64,000 nt of DNA from Savitreella phatthalungensis (Eukaryota): assembly GCA_051599415.1 (NCBI GenBank), contig AP039701.1, positions 1 to 64,000 on the forward strand. The letters are read 5' to 3'. This document shows positions 18,150 to 28,475 of the stretch, one piece after another. Under the pieces are notes generated by a model. It saw only the letters and a program-made list of their open reading frames with translations. It ran no database searches and was not told the DNA's origin. Within the stretch, counting starts at the first letter, position 1, and every line of letters begins with the position of its first letter. A program made the translations under genes and the position numbers.

Positions 18150-20471
18150 ATGGACAACTTGAGGAATCCATTTGCGGCCCCCGGTGGCGAGAGACGGGCT
18201 CCACCGAGTAGGCCGGCCGGCAATGCGGCAGCCAGACCGTTTGTGGTGGTTGGCCTGCCAGAGCAATCGCTAGCTGTTATGAACGTGCTCTGCGTTGCAC
18301 CCCGGGAATTTCCCAATTGTCGTTACGTGCTGGCCGATGGGCAGTACGCGATGGCGATCCTCGAGGACCCTCGCATTCCACCAGGGCATATTGGTGCTGG
18401 CGGTACTCAGCGCGAGTGGTGCCGTTGGGCACAAAATGACCAGGTGCCCGTCATCGCTTGGGATCCCTTCAGAGGAGGTGAAAAATCTCAGGTCTACTTG
18501 TCGCAACTCGACCTCGAGGTGGGTTTCCTTCAGAAGAGTAAAGCTACGCCCGAGCAGTTTGATCCGGAGGACATGCAAAAGGTCATCTGTCGGCGCTTTG
18601 CCGAACAGCCCTTCTCTCCCGGCCAGTCCCTTGTTGTTGATTACCGGTCTATCCTGATCAAAGCGACTGTCAAAGCTGTCACACTATCTGACCTACTCGG
18701 AGATAGCGCCGAGGCGACTTTCACAGACCCCGGCCATCGCGGTATCCTCACCAACCAGACGCAGGTCGAGTTCTTCAGGGCTGCACAGCTGCCTCTTAAC
18801 ATCAAGGCGTCCACCCGGAGGGCTCCCGCGAACGCCATCATTCAGCCGTCCTTCAAATTCGAGGACATGGGTATTGGTGGCCTCGACAAGGAATTTAGCG
18901 CAATCTTCCGCCGAGCTTTCGCGTCGCGAATTTTGCCACTGGGCATCGTACAGCGAATGGGTTTGCAGCACGTCAAAGGCATCCTCATGTTCGGTCCTCC
19001 GGGCACGGGCAAGACACTCATGGCGCGACAAATCGGTAAAATGCTGAATGCCAATGAGCCTAAGGTGGTGAATGGTCCAGAGATTCTCAATAAGTTCGTG
19101 GGACAGTCGGAAGAAAACATCCGGAAGCTATTCGCCGATGCGGAGAAAGAGTACAAGGAAAAGGGGGACGAATCATCTCTACACATCATCATATTTGACG
19201 AGCTTGACGCCATCTGCAAGCAGCGTGGGTCTACCGGTGGCGGCACCGGGGTTGGCGATTCAGTCGTCAACCAGTTGCTGTCAAAAATGGATGGTGTGGA
19301 CCAGCTGAACAATATCCTCATTATTGGCATGACGAATCGGAAGGACATGATCGATGAGGCGCTTCTACGCCCGGGAAGACTCGAGGTTCACGTCGAGATC
19401 AGTCTCCCAGATTCTGACGGACGCGCTCAGATCCTCAAAATTCATACTGGTCATATGCGCAAGAATGGCAGTCTTGGGGAGGACGTAGACGTCAACGAGC
19501 TCGCCCTCCTGACAAAGAACTTCTCAGGTGCCGAGCTGAATGGTCTCGTCCGTTCGGCTTCGTCATTCGCCATGAACTCGTATATCAAGGGCGGCACGGT
19601 CGCTGCGTTCGAAAAGGGCATCGAGAATATGCAGGTCCGACGTGTGGACTTTATGCACGCCCTCGACGAGGTGAGGCCGGCCTTTGGTGTGAGCGAGGAG
19701 GAGCTCGAGTCCGTGGTGCAATCTGGCATCATCGATTATGCACCTCTCGTCGGAGAGATACTGAAGGAAGGTTCCCTATTTGTCAATCAGGTCCGCAAAT
19801 CAGCACGAACGCCACTGGTCTCTGTGCTCATGTACGGTCCTGCTGGCAGCGGCAAGTCTGCGCTTGCAGCAACCATCGCGATGCGCAGTGACTTTGGCTT
19901 TGTCAAGCTCGTCTCGCCGGAAAGCATGGTGGGCATGAACGAGGCTGGCAAGGTCAGCCTCTTGCATAAAGTCTTCTCCGATTCCAACAGGTCGCAGCTA
20001 TCGTGCATCGTGGTGGACAACATTGAGCGCATCATCGACTGGGTGCCAATCGGTCCGCGATTCAGCAACGTCGTACTGCAAACGCTTATGGTGCTGCTAC
20101 GGAAGATGCCCCCAAAGGGTCGACGGCTATTGGTAGTCGCAACGAGCTCGGAAAGGCGGGTGCTCGACAACTTGGGATTTTTGTCCACTTTCGATGCAGA
20201 AGTCCCTGTACCCGAGGTTGCCGATCTAAGAGCCCTCTCCAAGGTGATCTCGTCACTAGGCCTGTTCGGGAAGGATACGTCGCTTCAGGGACAAGCTTTA
20301 CGATCGCTCGAAGGGCTCACACGGACACAGACTGTCAAGGTAGGCATCAAGCGCGTCATCAATATCGGCGAGGCAGCTATGCAGGATGATGATCCAGTCT
20401 CCAGATTTGTAGATCTGATGGCCAAGGCCATCGGGGAGGCCTCTGTGGATGTTGAGGTCGATCGAGTCTAG
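18150..20471 (+). CDS. SEC18: Vesicle-fusing AAA ATPase Sec18/NSF
   Basis: MGIGGLDKEFSAIFRRAFASR; GPPGTGKT; IIFDELDAICKQRG; D2 GPAGSGKS and VPIGPRFSN. Confidence 0.97.
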   Translation: MDNLRNPFAAPGGERRAPPSRPAGNAAARPFVVVGLPEQSLAVMNVLCVAPREFPNCRYVLADGQYAMAILEDPRIPPGHIGAGGTQREWCRWAQNDQVPVIAWDPFRGGEKSQVYLSQLDLEVGFLQKSKATPEQFDPEDMQKVICRRFAEQPFSPGQSLVVDYRSILIKATVKAVTLSDLLGDSAEATFTDPGHRGILTNQTQVEFFRAAQLPLNIKASTRRAPANAIIQPSFKFEDMGIGGLDKEFSAIFRRAFASRILPLGIVQRMGLQHVKGILMFGPPGTGKTLMARQIGKMLNANEPKVVNGPEILNKFVGQSEENIRKLFADAEKEYKEKGDESSLHIIIFDELDAICKQRGSTGGGTGVGDSVVNQLLSKMDGVDQLNNILIIGMTNRKDMIDEALLRPGRLEVHVEISLPDSDGRAQILKIHTGHMRKNGSLGEDVDVNELALLTKNFSGAELNGLVRSASSFAMNSYIKGGTVAAFEKGIENMQVRRVDFMHALDEVRPAFGVSEEELESVVQSGIIDYAPLVGEILKEGSLFVNQVRKSARTPLVSVLMYGPAGSGKSALAATIAMRSDFGFVKLVSPESMVGMNEAGKVSLLHKVFSDSNRSQLSCIVVDNIERIIDWVPIGPRFSNVVLQTLMVLLRKMPPKGRRLLVVATSSERRVLDNLGFLSTFDAEVPVPEVADLRALSKVISSLGLFGKDTSLQGQALRSLEGLTRTQTVKVGIKRVINIGEAAMQDDDPVSRFVDLMAKAIGEASVDVEVDRV

Positions 20472-20930
20472 GCGCCATAGGCGGAAGCAAATCTTCTTGA
20501 TCATTCCGCGTTGTATCGATCCAGATTCCAGCTAGCCAATAATGCCTTGCAAGATTCGCAGGGTGAATATGCTAGACTGCGTCAAAACTCTTGTAACGTG
20601 ACCCACGGAATAAACTTTTTTTGGCAAACATATTGGGAAATCTCCTGGCTGGCCATAGATTGACATATCCGCAGTTGTTGGCGCAGATACAGACATTTGG
20701 AGATGCAGCGGCGAGTGGGCTGACTTACGACAGTTTGGCAGCTAAGATCAGCCCATTCGATCATCCACGCGCACCCGCTGGCTGGAGTAAATACAGCATT
20801 GCTGGACGGAAAATATAGGCGGGCATTCACACTGAAATTTCTTTGAGGACGCGCTTCTTTTTGGAAGAGGACTTTTTGAAGAGGAGAGGGACAGTACAGT
20901 TCAGGACACAGGTCATCTTCAACTTCCAGC

Positions 20931-22286
20931 ATGGCTGCGAGCAATATCGGTATCAAGGCTATTGAAATCCACATTCCCAACCAATGTGTATCGCAGGCAG
21001 AACTAGAGAAGCACGATGGAGTTGCTGCCGGCAAATACACCATTGGTTTGGGTCAGCTTGAAATGGGCTTCTGTGATGACAGGGAGGATATCTACTCGAT
21101 GGCCTTAACGGCTTGCAGCAATCTGATCTCAAACTACGGCATCGACACGCGTAATGTCGGTCGTTTGGAGGTCGGCACAGAGACGTTGCTGGACAAGTCA
21201 AAGTCTGTCAAATCAGTGCTCATGCAGTTATTCAAGGACAATAAGGACGTAGAGGGTGTTGACACAGTGAATGCCTGCTACGGTGGTACGAATGCCCTGT
21301 TCAATGCTATCAACTGGGTCGGCAGCGAAGATTGGGACGGCAGGGACGCTATCGTCGTCTGTGGAGACATCGCTTTGTACGCAAAAGGCAACGCTCGCCC
21401 GACTGGTGGCGCGGGATGTGTGGCCATGCTCGTCGGCAGGGATGCACCTATTGCCATCGAACACGGCCTGCGCTCGTCCTACATGGATCATGTATACGAC
21501 TTTTACAAGCCAGACTTTACCTCGGAGTATCCCGTCGTTTTCGGCCAGTTCTCTGTCGGATGCTACACACGTGCCGCCGACGCCACTTACAGAACGTACC
21601 TGTCAAAGTTCGCGCGCAAGTTTCCAACCAATGGACATGCAAATGACGACGCAAAGCTGCCTATTGATCGCTTCGATTATATGATTGCCCACTCGCCCAC
21701 TTCAAAGACTGTACAGAAGCAGTACGCCCGCCTCCTCTACAACGATTTTGTCAAGAACCCTGATGCCCCAGAGTTCAGCGGGCTTGACGCCGGCTTTGCT
21801 ACGCTCGACTACGAGACAAGTGTGACCGACAAGGCGCTTGAGAAAGCATTTGTGACATTGAGCAAAAAACGATACGAGGAGCGCGTGGCCCCTGGCATCT
21901 ATGCATCGCAACACGTCGGAAACATGTACACGGCGTCTCTGTATGGTGGGCTGGTCTCACTGATCAGCTCCATCTCCTCTGCAGAATTGCAAGGCAAGCG
22001 CATTGGCGCCTACTCCTACGGTTCGGGACTCGCTGCGTCGCTTTTCTCATTTGTTGTTCGTGGAGATTTGACCAAAATCTCGTCCACCTGTGATCTGAAG
22101 AAGAAGCTTGCCGGCAGAGCTGTCTTGAGCCCACAGGAATTCGAGAGCTATGTCGCACTGCGCGAGAAGGCGCATCTTGCGAAGGACTTTGTCCCGACCG
22201 GCAATGTTGACGCACTCCGTCCGGGAACTTACTATCTCACGAGGATCGACGACATGTACCGTCGCGAATATGCAGTCAAAGCATAG
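20931..22286 (+). CDS. ERG13: Hydroxymethylglutaryl-CoA synthase
   Basis: GKYTIGLGQ; GRLEVGTET; NACYGGT catalytic Cys; GNMYTASLY; SYGSGLAAS. Confidence 0.97.
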   Translation: MAASNIGIKAIEIHIPNQCVSQAELEKHDGVAAGKYTIGLGQLEMGFCDDREDIYSMALTACSNLISNYGIDTRNVGRLEVGTETLLDKSKSVKSVLMQLFKDNKDVEGVDTVNACYGGTNALFNAINWVGSEDWDGRDAIVVCGDIALYAKGNARPTGGAGCVAMLVGRDAPIAIEHGLRSSYMDHVYDFYKPDFTSEYPVVFGQFSVGCYTRAADATYRTYLSKFARKFPTNGHANDDAKLPIDRFDYMIAHSPTSKTVQKQYARLLYNDFVKNPDAPEFSGLDAGFATLDYETSVTDKALEKAFVTLSKKRYEERVAPGIYASQHVGNMYTASLYGGLVSLISSISSAELQGKRIGAYSYGSGLAASLFSFVVRGDLTKISSTCDLKKKLAGRAVLSPQEFESYVALREKAHLAKDFVPTGNVDALRPGTYYLTRIDDMYRREYAVKA

Positions 22287-22351
22287 GACAATTGACGGTC
22301 AAAGAAAAGGGCATAGACATCTCTTATACATCTAATTACTTTTGGCATAGC

Positions 22352-22904
22352 TTATGTGTTGACCAGCCCGATGAGGAAGAGTGCAACGAAAGAACCCTGT
22401 TGTCAGTACGTGCTCGCGGTGCTCGGAAGGAAATCTTACCTTGAATGAGATGTCGCGCTTGAGCCAGCTTAAGACGTCTGACGGTCTTGTGTACTCGTCT
22501 GCTGCATCGCCCGTTCGCGTCCTGTTGAGAATGAATCGACGAACGCGCGCAATTCCGCCTGTTAGCTCGTCCAGGCCGGGCAGTGCGCGACTGCCCTCGA
22601 GCATGCGAAGTACCACAGCCGCACCGATTGCCACAAGAAAGAATAGCTTCCCCAAGCGGCGTACTAGCATGCCTGCAACAATACCAAGGACACTTCCAGT
22701 CGCAAATTGGTGAGCATCGATCAGTGGCTTGCCCTTATCATCGCGAATGACGGCAGATGGCTCCTGGCGAAGCACGCGGGGCCCGTCGAGTCGCAATATG
22801 CGCTTCTGAGACAGCGGCAAGCTCGTCAATCCAAACAGAGCAGCACCAGCTCCGGCAGAAGCCAGATGCAACCTGCTATGTAGTAGTGCTCGTGTAAAGC
22901 TCAT
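22352..22904 (-). CDS. FUN14: FUN14-family mitochondrial membrane protein; intron 22439-22397
   Basis: QFATGSVLGIVAGMLVRRLGK TM motif; GTAAGA..CTGAC.ACAG intron gives C-terminus DISFK-GSFVALFLIGLVNT*. Confidence 0.7.
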
Positions 22905-23046
22905 CCTTGATTGCAAACCTGTCTTGTGCGAGCGTAATGTGATTAAGAGCTGATGACGAAAGGCGGAGAAACAAATGGCACGTGCTGGAGAATCAATGTT
23001 GCCAGGACAAAACGGGTGTCGAACCCACAAGAAAGAAAGTTGGACC

Positions 23047-23983
23047 ATGTCGAATACAGTTTTTGGTATGCGAGTCATCCTTCGAGAGAGTTGTAACTGA
23101 CCAGGCAGTCGGCAACATTCCATATGAGTTCACTGAAGAGCAGTTGACGGATGTGTTCCGGCAGTGCGGGCCTGTCCGACAGTTCAGGCTCGTGTTCGAC
23201 CGCGATTCCGGCCGTCCGAAAGGCTATGGCTTTTGCGAGTACGGTGACGCCTCGAGTGCGCAAAGCGCCCTGCGCAATCTAGATGGCTATGAGATATCCG
23301 GACGCGCTTTGCGGGTGAGCAGCGACGGCGATGGGTCGGGCAGGGGTAACCGCGCATCTGCCACACCTCAGCCGCAGTCTTTTCCCAGCATGCCAATGCC
23401 ACCTGCAATGGTCACACAGCCGCCGTTACAGTCAGGTGGTCCGCCGCCACCTTGGGCGGAATACAGCAGATTCAAGCCGTCCGCTTCACCGGCGCCACCT
23501 GCCGCTGTCCCTCCACCTGAACAGCTGCCGTTCACGGCTCCGCCACCGGGCGTGTCACCGCAAGACGCAATATCGAATACGCTGTCCAGCATTCCCCCGA
23601 CACAGCTGCTTGACGTGATCAAGCAGCTCAGACAGGTTGCGCTGAGTAACCCTGAGCAGCTAGAGTCCCTTCTGCGACAGTCGCCACCGCTCACTTATGC
23701 GATCCTGCAAGCCCTATTGCTGATGAATCTAATTGATGCAAGCGTCGTTCAGAAAGTTGTTTCTGGGGAGTCAGTCGCAAGCATCATCGCCGCAGGATCA
23801 CAGAATGCGAAGGAAGCAACGCCACAACCAATACAGCCCGCACGGGCCACCCCCGTCGATCCGAACCGCGAGGCCCTCATTAAGCAGATCATGTCCCTCA
23901 GCCAGGCCCAGGTGGATGCATTGCCGAAAGAACAGCGCGACCAGGTGCTCGCGATTCGACAACAGTTTACCAACCGAGTGTAA
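23047..23983 (+). CDS. RNA15: CstF-64/Rna15 mRNA 3'-processing RRM protein; intron 23066-23108
   Basis: Spliced MSNTVFVGNIPY; FRLVFDRDSGRPKGYGFCEY; hinge DAISNTLSSIPPTQLLDV; C-terminal QIMSLSQAQVDALP..R..V..IRQQ. Confidence 0.92.
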
Positions 23984-24023
23984 TTCTAGAACGAATGACT
24001 ACCATTTCTAATTTTTCCTGTAT

Positions 24024-25397
24024 CTAAGAACTCTTGACTAGCTTGTGTAGGTCGTCCAGTGAGAGCGACTTCGGACGCTCGATTGGAAGGCCGAGAGCGC
24101 GCGACCACACGTATTGGGTGAGACAGCCTAGGGCGCGAGAGACGCCGAAGACAACTGTGTAGAAGTTGAAGTCCGTGAGGCCGTGGTGGTAGAGAAGGAC
24201 GCCGGAGGTTGCATCGACGTTTGGGTAAGGGTTCTTGGTCTTTCCGTGGGTGGTAAGAACGCCGGGAGCAACCTCAGAAAGCATGCGGACCAGGCGGTAG
24301 GCAGGGTTAGCCGAAACCTTTTCCTTGGTGTTTCCCCAGTCCTGGAGGGTCTCGAAACGAGGGTCAAAGACGCGGAGCACACCGTGACCGTATCCAGGGA
24401 TAACTTGACCAGCATTGAGCTTCGACCAAAGGTAGTTCTCAATGTCATCCTTGCCAAAGTTTTCCGGAATAGCCTTTTGCATCTCAAGCACGAATCGAAG
24501 CGCCTCCTGAGCAGCGAGACCGTGGAGAGGGCCTGCAAGACCGAGCAGTGCGGCCGAGTACGAAAGCATCGGGTCGGACAGGGCCGAGCCGACGAGGTGG
24601 GAGGTGTGGGCTGACACGTTGCCACCTTCGTGATCACCGTGGATAGCGATGTAGAGACGGAGAAGATCGACGAAGTCCGTGTCTTGCTCTGGCCAGCCCA
24701 TCATCTTTGCCATGTTGCTGCAGAGATCCAAGTCGGACGAGAGGGAGATTGTTGTGTCGAGCCCGTGTACGTTCTTGTAAATGACGGCCGCAATGGTCGG
24801 CAGCTTGGCGATAATGCTGAGCGTGTCATCAAAGGCAGGCTCCCAATAGTCAGCCTTCTTGAGCTTACCTGCGGAATAAGCCTGCTCAAAGGCACTGTCG
24901 TGGTTGAGAGAGGCGACTGCCATGGCCATCTGTGTCATCGGGTGAAGGGTCTTGGGCAGGCTGTCGAGCATCGCACGAGTGTGCGCTGGAAGCTCGCCTT
25001 GGGCTGCGAGATCGCGCGAAAGAGCGTGAACCTGAGCGTCAGACGGGATCTGACGGGTGAGCAGGAACCAGAGCATGGATTCCGGCAGAATTTCTGTGCC
25101 GGTCTTGCCCTTTGGCAGTTTCTCGAGGCACTCCTTGATTGTCAAGCCATAGAATCGGATACCAGAGTTTGCGTCTAGCACGGAAGCATCCCATTGCATG
25201 GCTTTGAGACCACGCATGCCGCCGATGACATTGGCAACTGTGGTCTGCTGAACGGGTGTGTCGCCTTTTGCCTTGACTTCCTTGAAGATCTCGCGTCTGC
25301 CTGGAATTGCATCTGCAACAGCCTTCTTCAGATCAGTCGAAGAATGACGGACTCCGGCAGATCGGATGAGACGAGATGAAGGAAGTAAGGAACGCAT
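24024..25397 (-). CDS. mcsA: 2-methylcitrate synthase (citrate synthase family), mitochondrial
   Basis: DHEGGNVSAH; GLAGPLHGLAAQE (AAQE rather than the ANQE of citrate synthase); PGYGHGVLR; LPKGKTGTE; PNVDA. Confidence 0.85.
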   Translation of the reverse strand: MRSLLPSSRLIRSAGVRHSSTDLKKAVADAIPGRREIFKEVKAKGDTPVQQTTVANVIGGMRGLKAMQWDASVLDANSGIRFYGLTIKECLEKLPKGKTGTEILPESMLWFLLTRQIPSDAQVHALSRDLAAQGELPAHTRAMLDSLPKTLHPMTQMAMAVASLNHDSAFEQAYSAGKLKKADYWEPAFDDTLSIIAKLPTIAAVIYKNVHGLDTTISLSSDLDLCSNMAKMMGWPEQDTDFVDLLRLYIAIHGDHEGGNVSAHTSHLVGSALSDPMLSYSAALLGLAGPLHGLAAQEALRFVLEMQKAIPENFGKDDIENYLWSKLNAGQVIPGYGHGVLRVFDPRFETLQDWGNTKEKVSANPAYRLVRMLSEVAPGVLTTHGKTKNPYPNVDATSGVLLYHHGLTDFNFYTVVFGVSRALGCLTQYVWSRALGLPIERPKSLSLDDLHKLVKSS

Positions 25398-25568
25398 AGT
25401 TCTTTGAGAGAGTCCGCTGATAGAAGGATGCCTGTCTGGAAAGACAATTGACTTTTATTTGTACGGGTATGCGAAAAGTGGAGTACCGTATTCACAGGAC
25501 AGACAAGTTACAACAAAAATAGTGCTACTTGCTGTATGTAAAGGTCTCGCTCATGAGATTTTAGAATG

Positions 25569-25614
25569 TGGAGTTGAGTGGAGTGGAGTGGACTGGACTG
25601 GAGTGGAGTGGAGT
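25569..25614. repeat. (TGGAG)n pentanucleotide repeat in the mcsA/DPM3 divergent intergenic region
   Basis: tggagttgagtggagtggagtggactggactggagtggagtggagt. Confidence 0.8.
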
Positions 25615-25891
25615 CCGGCTAGCTCCGGTAATGAGGTGCACAGGCTTGTTCAAATGACGAGAGTTCGGAATCTTTTATTCTTTTCGTGATCAATTGCTGA
25701 GTACTCGAATGATGCACATATGTTCTCCGGCACACAATCATGCAGCTAGCTGCATATCTAAATCGTTTAGTGGATTAAGTCAATGCAGCAGCATGTGCGC
25801 CTATATCCAATTCATGCATCATGCATACACAGCTAGTTGATAGACACGTCGACAAACAACATCATCCAGACACCACAGCGCGCAGCTCTCC

Positions 25892-26214
25892 ATGACGAAG
25901 GCGACACAGACATTGACCTTGCTGGTCTTGACCACTGGCATATGGCTAACACTATTGTTTGAGATCGTCAAAGTCCCAGCACCATTGGATCAGATCGTAC
26001 CGACGCTCCCACTCTGGGTGATCGTCTCTTTCGGCGCCTATCTGCTTGGCACGCTAGGCTGGAACATCTTTACTTTCCAGGACAAGGAGGCCGCATATCA
26101 TTCGCTGTTGAAAGTGAGAATTTCTCGAGTTCAGAGTCGACCCGGTATACTGACCAATAGGAAATCGACGAGGCAAAACGAGATCTCAAAGGTAGAGGTG
26201 TCACTATTGACTGA
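25892..26214 (+). CDS. DPM3: Dolichol-phosphate mannosyltransferase subunit 3; intron 26114-26160
   Basis: MTKATQ..; LPLWVIVSFGAYLLGTLGWNIFTFQDKEAAYHSLLK|EIDEAKRDLKGRGVTID*. Confidence 0.92.
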
Positions 26215-26263
26215 TCGATGAATGAAACAAACTTTCACGAAAAATACAACAAAAGCTCACTGG

Positions 26264-26479
26264 GCGGCCCTATTCGCATTGCGGGCGCCTGCTTGCTCCC
26301 ATCGTCGTCGGAGAGTGTGATACACTCGGCGATTGGACGGCGTCGGAGTGCTGTCACATTTCTCGGATTTGAGAATCGGGTGCGGCTTTCTTCTCCGGAA
26401 AACGTACCATCCGCCAAGTGTATCGATATCCCTGACGACAATGACGGCAAGTAGACGTCCTCGATGCGAATAGGGCCGC
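26264..26479. repeat. Long imperfect inverted repeat (~68-bp arms, ~80-nt structured loop); candidate ncRNA or MITE
   Basis: GCGGCCCTATTCGCAT (26264-26279) is the exact reverse complement of 26464-26479; pairing continues in the same register to 26331/26412. Confidence 0.85.
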
Positions 26480-26609
26480 GCGTCCCGTGCTCCTTGCCTT
26501 CCCGACAGCACAATGACAACAATTTTACAATAACACGCCGTCCACCGACCACCGAATGTATTGTGATCTCTGATTACTTCGGGCAAATGCGATTATGCAA
26601 GCGAAAAGT

Positions 26610-28241
26610 TTAGAATTGGTTTTCCGTGCTGTCGCCCGACATGGCCTTCGAGCCACTGGAGCCTGCTTGGACGATACCGAGAAGGTCATCAACCATGCCT
26701 GCTCCTGACCACTGTTGGTGCTTCAGCAGGTCGCAGCCAGACTCCTTCTCGGGCTTCTGGACGAGATTGGTGTATGCGAGCATGCCCTCCGTTGCGTAGG
26801 CCTTCGACAGCGTGTGTGCAGTCAGCCCGACCTGGTGGAGACCTGAGAGCGACACCAGCTGGAGCACGAAGCCTTCTTTAGCCAGATCCCAGATGAAGTT
26901 CTTCAGAGAGTGGTCGTCAAATCCATGTGCAGACCAATTGAAGGACGGCGATAAGTTGTATACAAGCATCTTGCCTGGATATGCTGCGCGGATCTTTTGC
27001 GCGAACGCCCTGGCATACGCAACATCTGGCGTCTTTGTCTCAAGCCAGAGCATGTCGGCATAAGGAGCGAACTCTATCGCTCGTTTAGTCGCTGCCTCGA
27101 TGCCACCTTTGAAGTGATAGAAGCCCTCGCGTGTCCTTGCAACGTCTGCTGACCATGATACCTCGACTTGGAACGTCTCACGCGCGATGGCGCGAGCCTC
27201 GAAAATGGACTTGCCTCGAGCTAGCTCAACAAATCGTTCTATGTCCTCCTGGCCGAAGAGTTGCTTCTCCATTGCCTCTCGCGCCGCCTGTTCGAATGTG
27301 ATGAGCTGGTGAGCCTTGAGCCATTCAGCCTCAGCAGCGTCTATTGCGCTTGCACCGGCTCGCGATCGCTCGGCGGCTGCGATGTGTTCGGCGAGCGGCA
27401 CAATGTTGTCTCCCGTGACGCCGAGGATAAATTCCTGATCGCGAGCATCGATATTGCTGCTGATAAGCTTGCTGCTCTCAGAGTCAGTTCGAGCGATCAA
27501 AACTGTTTCGGTGCCCATGAGATCGAATTGCAGACGCGCAGCGATCAACCGAGAGATCTCCTCGCCTGTCGGGACGATGATCTTGCCGCCCTGGTGGCCA
27601 CACTTCTTTCCGCCATGTAGCTGGTCCTCGATGTGGATACCACTCACTCCAGCTTCTATGAAAAGCTTGGCCTGCTTCATCACGGTGCTCAATCCACCGT
27701 GACCTGTATCTGCGTCGGCGATAACAGGCCTCAGGTAGTCGACGTACTCTCCCTCTCCACCGTTCTTGCAATACGCATGCCAGGCTTTGCGGTCGTGCAG
27801 CTGCTGCGCACGGGTGATCCGATCAACGCAATTCGGGACAGTCTCGTACGGATAGTCGGCAAGATCAGGTCCGACGTCATTGGTCGGGGTGAGCGTCGCG
27901 CTTGCCGCCCAACCAGAGACATAACATACCTCAAGGTGGCGAGCATACTGTGTCATTTGGACGGGGTCAATCGCTCCCATAGTATGAAGCGGTGTGCCGT
28001 CCGTATTGTGCTGCTGCATGAGTTTCCATAGCTTCTTTGCCTGAGTGTTTGCGAAGCTGTGCTCGAGCGTTGGCAAAGACGGCGAGCTCCGATGCTTGAA
28101 GACCTGCTCGGCATCATACGGACGAAAAATGCCCTCGAACCGCGGAGATTTGAGCCAGCCATCTATCTCCGAGATTTGTTGCCGATACTGTGTCGATATA
28201 CCTCGTCGAGCCATACCTGACTTCAGCGCGTGACGAAACAT
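26610..28241 (-). CDS. ICL2: Mitochondrial 2-methylisocitrate lyase (Icl2/MclA type)
   Basis: ADADTGHGG; HIEDQLHGGKKCGH; YNLSPSFNW; LQLVSLSGLH (L/S at positions where true ICL has F/T); N-terminal mitochondrial-type leader. Confidence 0.88.
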   Translation of the reverse strand: MFRHALKSGMARRGISTQYRQQISEIDGWLKSPRFEGIFRPYDAEQVFKHRSSPSLPTLEHSFANTQAKKLWKLMQQHNTDGTPLHTMGAIDPVQMTQYARHLEVCYVSGWAASATLTPTNDVGPDLADYPYETVPNCVDRITRAQQLHDRKAWHAYCKNGGEGEYVDYLRPVIADADTGHGGLSTVMKQAKLFIEAGVSGIHIEDQLHGGKKCGHQGGKIIVPTGEEISRLIAARLQFDLMGTETVLIARTDSESSKLISSNIDARDQEFILGVTGDNIVPLAEHIAAAERSRAGASAIDAAEAEWLKAHQLITFEQAAREAMEKQLFGQEDIERFVELARGKSIFEARAIARETFQVEVSWSADVARTREGFYHFKGGIEAATKRAIEFAPYADMLWLETKTPDVAYARAFAQKIRAAYPGKMLVYNLSPSFNWSAHGFDDHSLKNFIWDLAKEGFVLQLVSLSGLHQVGLTAHTLSKAYATEGMLAYTNLVQKPEKESGCDLLKHQQWSGAGMVDDLLGIVQAGSSGSKAMSGDSTENQF

Positions 28242-28475
28242 CGAACGAGCTCTGCCTTCGGGTGGGTATGCCTGTGACTTCTGGGGTCTCCGCACTCTTC
28301 CGTTGATTTATGGAGCCTCGTCGAACCAGCTCAATTCACGTGTTAGGCTTCCATCATTCATGATTCAAAATTCTGGCTCACGCGATCAAGCCGTGCATAT
28401 GGCTGGGAGCACGTCAAATGCTGTTCGATATATGCAGCAAAGTGTCACAGCCTCGACACACGATATCATCTGAAG

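Noticed and set aside
26235..26600. Telomerase RNA, SRP RNA, RNase P/MRP or snRNA identity for the fold-back; also the 105-109 aa ORFs here
   Set aside because: No TAACCCTAA template, no SRP helix-8 CAGG/AGCA loop or 5' TGTAA motif, no P4 consensus; the ORFs show no recognisable features
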